64,000 bases of DNA from a virus. Lineage: Duplodnaviria; Caudoviricetes. This document shows positions 1-10,891 of this stretch, one piece after another. Each line of letters opens with the position of its first letter. Position 1 is the stretch's first letter. The notes under the pieces are model-generated. The model was not told the origin of the DNA and searched no databases. It saw only the letters and a program-made list of their open reading frames with translations. The stretch lies in IMG/VR virus record IMGVR_UViG_3300031994_000004. One strand, written 5' to 3'. The translations under genes were made by a program, and so were the position numbers.

Positions 1-2
1 TT

Positions 3-1280
3 GTGTTCCAAAATAAGAAAGACTTGCCTTCTAAGGGTTATAAGAAAGACGAAGTTTCTTACAAAACATTCGGTCCTATGGGTTCAAGAGTAAAATATAA
101 CCAGGTAAAGGACGAAAATGGTAACCCTGTAAATTACGAAGGTAAACCAGCATTTAGAGAAATTCCAACTTCTCAGTCTACATTTAACAGAAACTTAGAC
201 AACGCATTTGAAGAAATGTTTGGAAAGAAACCTACTGCTGCTGAAAAACAGAAGATGTATTCATTCATTGGTGTTCTTTCTCTGATGAAAAAATACTTGA
301 ATGAAAACCAGATTAAGAGAACATATAAGTTCTTCTACGAAGATATTACAGAAATTACTGACGATGAAACAGTTCTAAATGCTATCTTTAATAAGTTTAA
401 AGAAGTATTCCCATTCATAAATGAATCATTGTCCTTTGAAAAATATGCTCAAAAAATGATGTTGGGAGAAGCATTTAGTAAAGGAATTGCACCTAAATTT
501 AGTTTGGGAACAATAAATGTTTTCAAAAATCAAGAATGGAAGATTGGTAATCTACTTGGAGAAGCAAATGAAGTTGCTGGCTCCGAAGAAAATATGATGT
601 ATATTGCCAAGACCATTGTAGATAACATTAAAACTGGTAACGATGGTAAGCCAGCTAAAGTTTGGATGTGTGGTGGTGCTGTAAGAGACGAAATCCTTGG
701 CAAACAAAGTAATGACATAGATTTAATGACTAACTGTGATGTCAAAGAAGTCGCACCATTATTTGACAGATGCGAAATTGCTAGAACAGGAAATGCTAGA
801 TTAGCAAGAGTTTATATTGACAATGACTTGTTTGAATTGGGTTGCCTAGAAGTTGGTGATACCATTGAACATAACCTTGATAGTAGAGATTTGACCTGTA
901 ATGCTGTCTTGAAGGATTTGTCTACTGGAGAATACTTTGACCCTATCGGTGGTATGAAGGATATCCGAGCAAAACGAATTCGTTTTACAACGGCTGCTAG
1001 AGAAAAAATTTCAGCAGGTAAAGACCCAGCAGAATTGTTGAGAGCCTTCCGCTTTATGGCTCAGCTTGGTTGGAATTTTGCTCCGGACACAGCTAAAGCA
1101 ATTCAGTCATACTCTAACATCACCGGTGGTAAGATTAAGATTCAGCTCAAAGCAGCATTGGGACCTGCTAACTGGAAGAAACTTATCAAGGGCAAATATA
1201 GAGATAAAGCACTAGCCGCTTTGGAACAATATGGCTTTATGGATTGGGCTAAATCAACATTCCCAGAAGATTTTCAATAA
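3..1280 (+). CDS. Multidomain protein (5' truncated) with C-terminal tRNA nucleotidyltransferase/poly(A) polymerase (CCA-adding class II) domain
   Basis: Motifs CGGAVRD..G..SNDIDL, RDLTCNA, DPIGGMKDI, DPAELLRAFRF. Confidence 0.85.
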   Translation: MFQNKKDLPSKGYKKDEVSYKTFGPMGSRVKYNQVKDENGNPVNYEGKPAFREIPTSQSTFNRNLDNAFEEMFGKKPTAAEKQKMYSFIGVLSLMKKYLNENQIKRTYKFFYEDITEITDDETVLNAIFNKFKEVFPFINESLSFEKYAQKMMLGEAFSKGIAPKFSLGTINVFKNQEWKIGNLLGEANEVAGSEENMMYIAKTIVDNIKTGNDGKPAKVWMCGGAVRDEILGKQSNDIDLMTNCDVKEVAPLFDRCEIARTGNARLARVYIDNDLFELGCLEVGDTIEHNLDSRDLTCNAVLKDLSTGEYFDPIGGMKDIRAKRIRFTTAAREKISAGKDPAELLRAFRFMAQLGWNFAPDTAKAIQSYSNITGGKIKIQLKAALGPANWKKLIKGKYRDKALAALEQYGFMDWAKSTFPEDFQ

Positions 1281-1289
1281 GGATTTAAA

Positions 1290-3107
1290 ATGCCTACAAA
1301 ATTAGTTACGATTAAGTCTAAAAGAAAAGAAAATTTTGGTGAACCTGTAGAAGTTAGTGCTTACTACTGGACACCAAAGAATAAATTGCTCGGCGTTCTT
1401 TTCGGGCATTTTGCTCCATTCACTGGAAAATACGGGCATGCTCGCTTGATTTATGAAGCACAAAAACACGGAATTGAAGATTTCGTAGTTGTTATGCCTA
1501 CAAATACTTCACCTTTGGATGACAACAGAAATTTATTTACTGACGAACAGAAAATAAAAATTGTCAAAGAAGGTTGTAAAGAATTAGGAATTAACCTTCT
1601 TGATTGCTGGGTTGAGAATTTCAGAGTCCCAAATGCTGTAATGGGTATGGTTCAAAGAAAGTACCAAGATTACAGAATTGTTGTTTGTTGTGGGCCAGAT
1701 AGAGCCAAGCAATATACAAGACTAGCTGTTCCGTTTGACATTAACAATACTCCATTTTTATACCCCGAAGACCCTAACTTTAGAAAACAGGAAATGCTTG
1801 TCTGCGAAGACAGAGGTGATAAAGAAATTTCAGGAACTAAAATCAGAGACATTTTGAAAAATGGAACTGTTAGTGAATTTACAAAAGAAACAGGTTACTC
1901 ATCTAAAATGTGGGTAATGATGAGAAACTTCATTAAAAAGAACGGAATTGTTGAAATAAACGAATCCTTCTTTGAAAAGTATAATAAAGAAAAATACTTG
2001 AATGAAGAAATGGTAGATACACCTAAGGTCCATATTAAACACTTGTATAACCCAGGTAACTCAATGCAGTTGAAACCAAATGAATTTTTGGAAATTATTG
2101 ACTGGTTGAAAGCACAGAATGGTAAATTAGACGATAACATAAATGTTTCTTATTCTGAGAAATGTGATGGATTGCCTTGTAGATTTGGATTGGATAGTAA
2201 CGGTAGATTCTTCCTAGAACAAGGTAAATCTGGTCCAATTTTTGATGCTGAAGAGTTCACTAACCGAGACATTGAACGTGTTGGCTTCAAGACTAGAATT
2301 AACACAGCTTGGAAAAAGGTCTTTAGAAAACTTGAAGGCGATAAAAAGATTATGAACATTCTCAAAAAATATAATACTGAGAGTGGTTTAAAGGTTATTG
2401 GTGAAGTTTTTATCAACTCAGTAGCTTTCAAAGGAAGAACAGACGATTTAATTCGTTACATTGGTACTGAGTATTATAAGTCAAAAATGGGTACTTTCTG
2501 TTCATTTATTCTCATAAATGCTATTGATGGTGAGAACAATGACCTTAAAAATTTTGAACAGTTGAAAAATGCTTTGATAAAAGTTTCAAGTCCTGAAATT
2601 ATGTTTGACGATACGAATTACAAAAATAAATTCGGCGCCATAGATTTCAATGAGGAAATTAAAGAATTGGATGATGTAATTAAGGGTCTTGAAAAAGAAT
2701 TTGGTTCTGATGTCAAGAGCATTTTGGCAAATCCTTCAAGAAAGAAGGACGATTTGTCAAAGAAAAAACGCATTAAAGAACTCATTGAAGAATACCAAGG
2801 TAAGTTTGACAGAAAGATACAAAATCTTTTCAATAAGACAGATGGTAAGTGGGGACCTGAAAGAGAAGGTGTAGTTTTGAAATTAGCCAACAACATAATG
2901 CTAAAAATTACATCAGATAGTTTCAAGAAGTTCCAAGCTAACAATAAAAAAGAAAATGACATTTACGGCTTCCAAAAGCACCGCGAATGGATTTTTGGAC
3001 CAGCTGACGAAGAAGATGAACAAAATGAAAGTCTTTCTACAGTTGTAAATAATTTTTCTAAAATTGTTGGTGAGTTTATTACCGAAAGCAAACAGTTTAA
3101 TAAATAG
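1290..3107 (+). CDS. HxGH nucleotidyltransferase (cytidylyltransferase-like) fused to a ligase/nucleotidyltransferase-like C-terminal domain
   Basis: FGHFAPFT..GH, CGPDR, ISGTKIR in N-half; SEKCDG and EREGVVLK...MLKI in C-half. Confidence 0.65.
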   Translation: MPTKLVTIKSKRKENFGEPVEVSAYYWTPKNKLLGVLFGHFAPFTGKYGHARLIYEAQKHGIEDFVVVMPTNTSPLDDNRNLFTDEQKIKIVKEGCKELGINLLDCWVENFRVPNAVMGMVQRKYQDYRIVVCCGPDRAKQYTRLAVPFDINNTPFLYPEDPNFRKQEMLVCEDRGDKEISGTKIRDILKNGTVSEFTKETGYSSKMWVMMRNFIKKNGIVEINESFFEKYNKEKYLNEEMVDTPKVHIKHLYNPGNSMQLKPNEFLEIIDWLKAQNGKLDDNINVSYSEKCDGLPCRFGLDSNGRFFLEQGKSGPIFDAEEFTNRDIERVGFKTRINTAWKKVFRKLEGDKKIMNILKKYNTESGLKVIGEVFINSVAFKGRTDDLIRYIGTEYYKSKMGTFCSFILINAIDGENNDLKNFEQLKNALIKVSSPEIMFDDTNYKNKFGAIDFNEEIKELDDVIKGLEKEFGSDVKSILANPSRKKDDLSKKKRIKELIEEYQGKFDRKIQNLFNKTDGKWGPEREGVVLKLANNIMLKITSDSFKKFQANNKKENDIYGFQKHREWIFGPADEEDEQNESLSTVVNNFSKIVGEFITESKQFNK

Positions 3108-3125
3108 TATATTAGGAGAATTTCT

Positions 3126-4457
3126 ATGATTGGAAAGTTTACAGAATGGGTTAATGCTAATAATATACTAGACGAAGCAAATTTTACTATTGATGTAAAT
3201 AAGACTAAAGCTACTGACCACCATTCACCAACTTATTTTGAGATAACATATCTTGAAAAAATTAAGAAGATTTTATTGGATGGAAAGCCAATTTTTCTTG
3301 ACGTTCCAAAGAACATTACAATAAATGATGTTACTACTGAAAAATATGATTATTTGACAATTAAAGATTTCAAAGCAAAAGATTTGGAGAAAGCAAAAAC
3401 ATATTCGGATTTTTGTAATTCTTTAAATATGAAATCACAAAAGGTCAGAGCATTACATCTAAATCAAAGTAATTTCGTAAGTCATATTTGGAAAGGTTCT
3501 TTCAGTAATCGTGGTAATAGTTCATCTAAAGGTGGTGTTTTTGAAGTATTGCTTACTAGAGCACTTGAACAATATCAACAAGACCCAAAGAAAGTAGAAC
3601 CACGATACAAGACGGCTATTGAAAAAATACTTAAAATTATTGGACTAAAAGACAAGTCTAAATTTAAAAAATGGGATGTTAAGAACAATGGTAACAACCG
3701 TTCTAAACGATTGAATTCTTTGTATGCTAATTTGGAAACAATATCTGATATTACCAAATTGGAATTTGAAGAAGAAGAACATAACATTGGTAAGACAGTT
3801 TCCGATTTGATTATTACTGCTCCAAATGGTACTGAATTTTATTTGTCTTTGAAACACGGTAGCACAAATGAAATTGTAAACTTTGGCGCCGCTAAAATTA
3901 GAAAATCGCTTGAACAACTTTACAATGACTATGTGGCTAAAGGCGAAAAACCAAATTCTATTAACTCATTAGCTTCAACATTCTTAAAGAATTATTGTAA
4001 GGTATTTAACCTTAATCTTGCTAAATTATTAGCAAGTTATGATTTGGTTAGTAATGATAAAGAGCCACAACTAAAAACATTTGATAAATTAAAGAACACT
4101 AAGTGCAGTAACAGTGGTGTTATTTCCGAACAGTTATCTAAACTAATTGCTTATTGTATCGGATATGGTTACATTTATGTTCACGATACTGGTAAAGAAA
4201 TTGAAGTCATTGACATAATGGAAAATGAAGATTTGGCAGAAATGATTAGAAAATACTCTGGTAACTACAATGTAAAATATGCTTGTGATACCGGTGCTAA
4301 AACTGTATTTGATTTTGATTTGTGCGACAAGAAAGATAAAAAAGACATTTTCATTCCACAGTCAAGATTTGAATTAAGACCAAATGCTGGTGCTGAAATT
4401 AACTTGTTCTCATTGAAGTTAAATATAAACGCCTCCGAAATGGGTAATAATGGCTGA
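3126..4457 (+). CDS. Putative PD-(D/E)XK nuclease-like protein with capsid-targeting-like N-terminus
   Basis: GGVFE...KTVSDLII...LSLK; AGGAG SD; adjacent to methyltransferase. Confidence 0.45.
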   Translation: MIGKFTEWVNANNILDEANFTIDVNKTKATDHHSPTYFEITYLEKIKKILLDGKPIFLDVPKNITINDVTTEKYDYLTIKDFKAKDLEKAKTYSDFCNSLNMKSQKVRALHLNQSNFVSHIWKGSFSNRGNSSSKGGVFEVLLTRALEQYQQDPKKVEPRYKTAIEKILKIIGLKDKSKFKKWDVKNNGNNRSKRLNSLYANLETISDITKLEFEEEEHNIGKTVSDLIITAPNGTEFYLSLKHGSTNEIVNFGAAKIRKSLEQLYNDYVAKGEKPNSINSLASTFLKNYCKVFNLNLAKLLASYDLVSNDKEPQLKTFDKLKNTKCSNSGVISEQLSKLIAYCIGYGYIYVHDTGKEIEVIDIMENEDLAEMIRKYSGNYNVKYACDTGAKTVFDFDLCDKKDKKDIFIPQSRFELRPNAGAEINLFSLKLNINASEMGNNG

Positions 4458-5322
4458 ATTAGATAAATTTTATACAAACAAAAATATAGCAAAAAATTGT
4501 GTAGAAACCCTACACAATTTTCTTGTCATTGACACAAACGATTGTTTTCTTGAACCTACGGCAGGTGACGGTGCGTTCCTTGATTATTTGACTAATTACG
4601 AAGCATACGATTTAAAACCTGAAGACCCTAGAGTTATTGAACAAGACATTTTTAAGTTCGTTCCTAATAGAAACAATTACATTACGATTGGAAATCCTCC
4701 ATTCGGTAAGAGAAGCAAACTGGCTATTGACGTATTCAATACAGTAGCAAAGTATTCTGATGTAATTGCTTTCATTGTTCCAGTATCTTTCTTGAAATAC
4801 AATGTTCAAAAAGAATTAGATAAAGATTTTAAACTTATACACAATTACATTCTTCCTGAAAATTCTTTCTTGGATAGAGGGAAAGTTTATGATGTAAACT
4901 GTGTATTCCAAATTTGGGTTAAGAGTGGAACAAAGTTTGATACTCACCCAAACATTAGATTGTTAGAAAGACCAAAGATTTCCTGTGACGATTTTAAGAT
5001 ATGGCAGTACAATGCGACAGAAAGTCAATTTAAAGTAGTCAATGAAGACTGGACTATTGCTGTGTATCGTCAAGGTTATAAAGATTACAAAAAGATTTTT
5101 ACTCAAAAAGATAAAGCAACTGTGATTAGTGAAATGGATGGAAGTTCTACAGGCAAAAAAATTCAATTCTTTTTCATTAAGCCACTGAATGATACGGCAA
5201 AATCCATTATAAATAAAATGGATTTTGAGAAGTTGGCTAACCGAAATACAAGTACTCCTGGGTTCGGAAAAGCCGATTTCGTAGATTATTATAATGAATT
5301 AAAACAGGAACTAAGTTCCTGA
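4450..5322 (+). CDS. DNA adenine methyltransferase
   Basis: DKFYT, FLEPTAGDGAF (motif I), IGNPPFG (motif IV). Confidence 0.85.
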   Translation: MAELDKFYTNKNIAKNCVETLHNFLVIDTNDCFLEPTAGDGAFLDYLTNYEAYDLKPEDPRVIEQDIFKFVPNRNNYITIGNPPFGKRSKLAIDVFNTVAKYSDVIAFIVPVSFLKYNVQKELDKDFKLIHNYILPENSFLDRGKVYDVNCVFQIWVKSGTKFDTHPNIRLLERPKISCDDFKIWQYNATESQFKVVNEDWTIAVYRQGYKDYKKIFTQKDKATVISEMDGSSTGKKIQFFFIKPLNDTAKSIINKMDFEKLANRNTSTPGFGKADFVDYYNELKQELSS

Positions 5323-5341
5323 AAATTTTTGAGGTGAATTT

Positions 5342-6110
5342 ATGATTAAACCAGATGTACATATAGAACTTTGGAACGCTTTTAATGACATTAGTTTTAA
5401 TGAGCCAGACCACAAATATACAGATTCTAAAGGAACTTTGTATCAGTCTGCTACAGGTTGGATAAAACAATTTGAAGCAGATACTGATTGGGAAGAAATT
5501 AAGAAAAATAAAGCACAAAAACTTGGTATTCCAGTAGAACAACTATCTAAAGAGTGGGAACGCAAAGGTGATTACGCAACTCATCTTCGGCACTCAAGTT
5601 CACGCAGTTATGGAATATGGGTGGCAGAAGAAGAACTATAATTTTGACAAGCGTTTGAACAAAGATTTTCCTGAAATGGAAGAAGATTTCAACTACCGCA
5701 AAGGTGTATGTAAAGACATTATGAATAAGATGAAAAAGATTTATGTACCTATTGCGAATGAATTTATTGTGTATGACCAGGAAAATGCTATATGTGGTAC
5801 GATAGATATGCTTGCGTACAATACAAAGAAAGAATGTTACAGTATAATTGACTGGAAAACAAGTAAAAAGTTTGATACTGGTAATCAGTGGTCAGAATAT
5901 ATGAAGGAACCATTTAGCCACGTTATAAACTGTAATACAAGTGAATATAGTTTGCAGCTCTCATTGTATAAGTATATCTTGGAAAAGCACACAAGCATTA
6001 GAATTGGTGAAATGGTATTGTTCCAGATTCCTAATAAGGACAACCCTATGCCACAGGTCTTTAGATGCTTGGATTTCAGTAAATATATTGCTGACTATCT
6101 AAAGAAATAA
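5342..6110 (+). CDS. PD-(D/E)XK exonuclease, requires +1 shift at CGG 5588
   Basis: N-part FNEPDHKY..SATGWI joins (H-L)-G-TQVHAVME..CGTIDML..IIDWKT..YSLQLSLY if C5588 is skipped. Confidence 0.85.
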
Positions 6111-6132
6111 CAGTTCCAAAACAAAATAATTT

Positions 6133-6174
6133 AAATGGCGGTGTATTGACATCGCCATTTTCTTTTTGTATATT
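6133..6174 (+). promoter_or_regulatory. Stem-loop with embedded early promoter (TTGACA-N17-TATATT)
   Basis: aaatggcg..ttgaca..cgccattt then tatatt at 6169. Confidence 0.75.
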
Positions 6175-6181
6175 AGATTTT

Positions 6182-6541
6182 ATGGAATTAAAAATTTATT
6201 ATAAAACAGAAGATACAGAAGCATTCTATAAACGAACTCTTCCAGATGAAATTACTTCAATTAACTTGTATTTAAATGATACAGGTGGTGGTCAGATTGA
6301 ATACTTATATCCACATCCTAATGATGGCAAAAAGATTTCAAGAAGTGATTGCTTGAGCTTTGCCGATGATGGTGTTACCTATGTTGAAGTAAATGGAAAA
6401 GATAAATTCGTCCTCCGTAATAGAAAAGATTTTATAGCATTTTATAAGTATTTAACTGATTTTGATGTAGATAAGTTCATAAAAGATTTTAAAGCTTTTG
6501 ATAAAGAACAAAATATAAACGAGGACTTCGATGAAGATTGA
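6182..6541 (+). CDS. Hypothetical, xDF-tail family
   Basis: Ends NINEDFDED; ATG 7 nt after -10 box. Confidence 0.7.
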   Translation: MELKIYYKTEDTEAFYKRTLPDEITSINLYLNDTGGGQIEYLYPHPNDGKKISRSDCLSFADDGVTYVEVNGKDKFVLRNRKDFIAFYKYLTDFDVDKFIKDFKAFDKEQNINEDFDED

Positions 6542-6893
6542 ACAAATTGTAACTGACATGACTAAACAATGGTCAGGCATTAACTCCCTAATTATCCCAG
6601 ACAAAATTAACAAAGTTAATTTGTATTTCTTCGGTGATGAAGATAAAGAAACACTAGCACGATTGTTATTCTGCTATCCGATAATATGGAACTCTAGTGT
6701 TGGCAATAATACAGAAACAATGGATATTAAGAAAGGTAGTTACATTGTTGTTAATGACAATAAGACATTTTATATGACTGATAAACAAGATGTAACTGAA
6801 CTATACAGTTGGTTGACTGGAACTGATTTCAATAAACGAGTCAAAGAACTTAAAGAGTTCGGAAAGAAGCAAAAGATTGCTAAGGATTTCTAA
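6531..6893 (+). CDS. Hypothetical, xDF-tail family
   Basis: Ends KIAKDF. Confidence 0.7.
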   Translation: MKIEQIVTDMTKQWSGINSLIIPDKINKVNLYFFGDEDKETLARLLFCYPIIWNSSVGNNTETMDIKKGSYIVVNDNKTFYMTDKQDVTELYSWLTGTDFNKRVKELKEFGKKQKIAKDF

Positions 6894-7318
6894 TGAAAGA
6901 TTGTAGATTTCTGTTGCCATTTGTAGATGAATTGCGTAAACTGTATCCTGATCATAAGATTGAATGGGTTAGAGATGATACCAATACAGAATACGAAAGG
7001 ATAAACATTGACGATAAAACTTTCATTTATACAGAAATCGGTCACACACTAGATGAACTTGGTAAAGATAAAGTTGTTTCAGCAAGTATTGTTGTTGAAT
7101 TTCAAAATCTTTCTTCAGTTTCGGAATTTATGGGGTGGAGTATTGATGACCCCTATTCAGTTATAAATGAAAGAACTGTGCGATTGTCATTGTTCAGTAA
7201 TCATAAATGTTTAAGAGAAATCTTCAAATTTATTTTAACTGATAGTCCTGAATTAGTCCACAAGCAGATGGAAAACATTTACAGATTGAGCGAAATGGAA
7301 AGGGACTTTTATGAATAA
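6893..7318 (+). CDS. Hypothetical, xDF-tail family
   Basis: Ends EMERDFYE. Confidence 0.7.
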   Translation: MKDCRFLLPFVDELRKLYPDHKIEWVRDDTNTEYERINIDDKTFIYTEIGHTLDELGKDKVVSASIVVEFQNLSSVSEFMGWSIDDPYSVINERTVRLSLFSNHKCLREIFKFILTDSPELVHKQMENIYRLSEMERDFYE

Positions 7319-7691
7319 AGAAGATTTATTCGCTAAAATGAAGTATAGATTAGAAACTTCATATCCACAATATAAGTTCACTATTAAAGAAAATGCTTTA
7401 GTAATGAATAATAAATCTCCCAGTACTTTTATGGAAGCTATTACAGTACCAATACTTAGATATAATAAAGAAACTGACAAGATGGTATTGTCCTTCCCCA
7501 AGATTATTAGTCCAGGTAATAACACAAGTTCTCCTGGAAAAGAATATATCTCCACATCTATTGACACTTACAACCTAGATTACTATAATGTTAGTGAGAA
7601 TCACATTGACTACATTGTAGAAAATTTGTTGTCAGGTGTTATCCAAAAAGAAGTTACAAAATACGAAAGTATGAAAAAGGATTTTGAATGA
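7311..7691 (+). CDS. Hypothetical, xDF-tail family
   Basis: Ends SMKKDFE. Confidence 0.7.
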   Translation: MNKEDLFAKMKYRLETSYPQYKFTIKENALVMNNKSPSTFMEAITVPILRYNKETDKMVLSFPKIISPGNNTSSPGKEYISTSIDTYNLDYYNVSENHIDYIVENLLSGVIQKEVTKYESMKKDFE

Positions 7692-8560
7692 TAGAAGATT
7701 TTATTGATGAACAGAAAACTACGAAGGAAAAGGTTCTTTTGGTGGACCTTCATAATCTGAGTATGCGACATCTGTTCGCTCAAATTCCTGACCCAACTGA
7801 CATATCTTACTCTGAATATAAAGTCGGGATGCTTATGAGTATTCGTAAACTGGCAAGAACATTTCAACCGGACAGAATTATTTTCTGCCGAGAATCACAC
7901 GATGGTAACTGGCGAAAATCTATCTACGCAGATTACAAGGGTAATCGTGCCGCTGCTAGAGAATCGTCAGTTATTGACTTTAATTCGTTTTTCCCAATTA
8001 ACGAAAAATTTATTGCTGGACTTGAGAAATGTATGAAGAACTCTCAGTTCTTGACTGTTCCACATTTAGAGGCAGATGATTTGATTGCTCTAACTGTAAT
8101 GAATGAACCTAATTGGGATATAACTTTAGTTTCAACAGATAAAGATTTCTACCAACTTCACGCTTACAAGAATTTCCACCAGTGGGACCCGATTAAGGAA
8201 GAATACATACAAGTTATGAATCCTGAAGCTGCCCTAATGGAAAAGATTGTTTTGGGCGACCGTGGTGATAACATTCCTTCATTAAAGAAAGGTGTTGGTA
8301 CGAAAACCTTTGCTAAAATTTATAGTGAAGGCTTGAATGAATGGTTATCGCTCAATATGCTTCAAGAATCATTTGACAGAAACACAAAACTCATTTCGTT
8401 TAGATGTATTCCTGAAGAATATAAATCTCAAGTCAAGAATATAATTGAAGACTTTGAGAAACAACCATTTGACGCCAGAGAATTTTTTAATTTCATTATT
8501 GGAGAAGGTCTCGGTGCGTTTATGGATAAAGCAACTGATTTTATTAACACTATGAAATAA
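7688..8560 (+). CDS. rnh: T4-type RNase H / 5'-3' flap exonuclease
   Basis: LLVD, WRKSIYADYKGNR, EADDLIA, STDKDFYQL, GDRGDNIP. Confidence 0.9.
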   Translation: MIEDFIDEQKTTKEKVLLVDLHNLSMRHLFAQIPDPTDISYSEYKVGMLMSIRKLARTFQPDRIIFCRESHDGNWRKSIYADYKGNRAAARESSVIDFNSFFPINEKFIAGLEKCMKNSQFLTVPHLEADDLIALTVMNEPNWDITLVSTDKDFYQLHAYKNFHQWDPIKEEYIQVMNPEAALMEKIVLGDRGDNIPSLKKGVGTKTFAKIYSEGLNEWLSLNMLQESFDRNTKLISFRCIPEEYKSQVKNIIEDFEKQPFDAREFFNFIIGEGLGAFMDKATDFINTMK

Positions 8561-8572
8561 GGAGACCAGAAT

Positions 8573-9676
8573 ATGGCTTACTATTATACTAAAACAAGTA
8601 TCAAAATGACAAATCTCACCATCGCTTATAATATGGGTGGCTTATTTGACCAGGAAGGACAGAGGGGCATTTCTCACCTGATGGAACATTTGGTATGCGA
8701 AACTTTTAAAGATGAATATCCTGAATTGGCAAAGTACAATGTAGAATGGAATGCTTGTACTGGTTATGATGTGGTTAAGGTTTATTTCACCGGTTTGGAT
8801 AAGTATTTCACTCCTGAATGGAAGCGTAGACTTGTGAACAAATTAACTGGTGGTTTGAAAATGAGCAAGGAACGATTTGAAGCAGAAAAGAAGATTGTTC
8901 TTCAAGAATATATGGATTGCTTCAACGAACCAGCAAATTCCGAAAACACTATCAGACAGAAGTTTGGTTTCTACTCACCGATTGGTAAGCGTGAAGACAT
9001 TGAAGCATTCACTTACGAAGATATGCAGGCCTATTACGAAAAGCACATGCGTAAGCCAGCAAAGATTGTTGAAGTTGGTCCGACAAAGACTGATTTCTCT
9101 GCTATCCCAATGCAGGAAGAATATGTTGTTCAACCAATGAAGCCAAAGTATAAGAAGGATTGGAAGCTCCCACTTGAACCAACACCTGAAAACCAGAAGT
9201 GCGATGTTTCTTTCCTTTCCAAGAAGGCAGTAAATAAGGCCGATTATCCAGCACTCGCAGTAGCAATAAATATGCTTGTGAATGGACTTGAATCTCCAAT
9301 GACCCACGAAATTCGTGAAGTCCGCCATTTGACTTATGGTGTATCAGGTGGCACAATTAAATTCATTTCTTACGCTTATCCAACCTTTGGTGCTACAACT
9401 GACAAGGAAAATAAGGATAATCTTGTGGACGCTTTCAAGTTCTTCTTTGATGACATTGAAAAGCATCTGGACAAGAAGCGCTTTGAAGATATGATTTGTA
9501 AGATTGAAGTTGACCGCGAACACGATAAGATTTTCAAGTATGCAAATGTAGATAAAATCATCAACAAGGGTAAAATTCAGATTGGTAATGCCTATAAGAA
9601 GTTGACCTTTGAAAAGGTGGTTGAAATCGCAAAGAAATACTTGAAGACCGAAAATTTTGAAATTATTATTGAATAA
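8573..9676 (+). CDS. M16 family zinc peptidase
   Basis: GISHLMEH (HxxEH), NACT, EKKIVLQE, EIREVRHLTY. Confidence 0.85.
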   Translation: MAYYYTKTSIKMTNLTIAYNMGGLFDQEGQRGISHLMEHLVCETFKDEYPELAKYNVEWNACTGYDVVKVYFTGLDKYFTPEWKRRLVNKLTGGLKMSKERFEAEKKIVLQEYMDCFNEPANSENTIRQKFGFYSPIGKREDIEAFTYEDMQAYYEKHMRKPAKIVEVGPTKTDFSAIPMQEEYVVQPMKPKYKKDWKLPLEPTPENQKCDVSFLSKKAVNKADYPALAVAINMLVNGLESPMTHEIREVRHLTYGVSGGTIKFISYAYPTFGATTDKENKDNLVDAFKFFFDDIEKHLDKKRFEDMICKIEVDREHDKIFKYANVDKIINKGKIQIGNAYKKLTFEKVVEIAKKYLKTENFEIIIE

Positions 9677-10200
9677 TGATTGAATATACATTAAAACCAT
9701 ACGAATTGTGTTTCAGGCGTATCGGTGAATACGCCGAAACACTCGGTTGTAAAGTTGATTATTGGAATCACACAATTAACATTTTTTATTGTAGTAAACA
9801 AATTTGCCGTGTTTGGTATAATGACCAGGATATAATGGAGATGTATGGCTCTATTCTTGATAGAGAAGCATACGATGTAGATTTAGCAGACCAATATATT
9901 CCTTATACTAAATGGGAGAAAGTTTGGTATAACATAAAAAGATTTTTCGGAAAAGCCGAAAAGAATGAAGTGCTTATACATAAGAGGTGTCCTGGTGCTG
10001 TAATTAGACGTTTAATTCCTGACCACTATGGATGGGATAAGGAAACAATGGATAGTTATGTAAGCAGGGGCTCCTGTGGTTATTACTTAAGTGAAGAAAA
10101 ACTAAAAAACATAATCAAATTCTATGTTACAGAAAATACAGTAAATGAAAAACTATATTTGAATGGACTTAGAATTAAACAAATTAACGAGGATTTTTAA
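9676..10200 (+). CDS. Hypothetical, xDF-tail family
   Basis: Ends RIKQINEDF. Confidence 0.7.
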   Translation: MIEYTLKPYELCFRRIGEYAETLGCKVDYWNHTINIFYCSKQICRVWYNDQDIMEMYGSILDREAYDVDLADQYIPYTKWEKVWYNIKRFFGKAEKNEVLIHKRCPGAVIRRLIPDHYGWDKETMDSYVSRGSCGYYLSEEKLKNIIKFYVTENTVNEKLYLNGLRIKQINEDF

Positions 10201-10634
10201 TGGCAAAAACAATTATAGTTCAGTATTTGAATGATACGATTGAAAAGTTGCAGAAGATTGACAAGGGCGACTGGATTGACCTTCGTGCTGCTCACGATTA
10301 TTCAATTAAGAAGGGTGAATTTGTACTAATTCATTTGGGTGTTGCTATGAAGCTACCAGACGGATATGAAGCTCATTTGGCTCCTCGCTCTTCTACATAT
10401 TCCAAGTATGGTGTAATTCAGGCAAATTCTGTTGGTGTTGTAGATAACAGTTATTGCGGCCCAAGTGACTGGTGGTATTTCCCTGCTATCGCATTGGAAA
10501 AAGATGTTGAAATTAAGAAGGGTGATAGAATCTGCCAATTCCGCATTATGGAAAAGCAACCAGCTATCAAGTTCGTTGAAGGCAAAATGACCGACAAGGA
10601 CAGAGGTGGTTTCGGCTCTACAGGAACTAAGTAG
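10200..10634 (+). CDS. dut: Trimeric dUTPase
   Basis: [32 protein letters not shown]. Confidence 0.95.
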   Translation: MAKTIIVQYLNDTIEKLQKIDKGDWIDLRAAHDYSIKKGEFVLIHLGVAMKLPDGYEAHLAPRSSTYSKYGVIQANSVGVVDNSYCGPSDWWYFPAIALEKDVEIKKGDRICQFRIMEKQPAIKFVEGKMTDKDRGGFGSTGTK

Positions 10635-10636
10635 TT

Positions 10637-10891
10637 ATGAATAAAATCCGCCGCGACATTGACAAATTGGACGATAAAATTTTTAAGCTGCTAAAGGCTC
10701 GTTTGAGCAAAGCAAAGAAAATAGCAGCGCTTAAAAAGTATATGAAAGTCCAAGTCAATGACGATGAGCGAGAACAAGAAATTTTAGACAAATTAGATTG
10801 TGAAGATTACAAACCTTATAAAGAACAAATGACTGCGATATACAAAGAAATCTTCCAGCAAATGAAGGATTTGGAAAGTGGAGAAGACTAA
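10637..10891 (+). CDS. Chorismate mutase type II (AroQ)-like
   Basis: IRRDIDKLDDKIFKLLKAR..IAALK...DDEREQEIL. Confidence 0.8.
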   Translation: MNKIRRDIDKLDDKIFKLLKARLSKAKKIAALKKYMKVQVNDDEREQEILDKLDCEDYKPYKEQMTAIYKEIFQQMKDLESGED

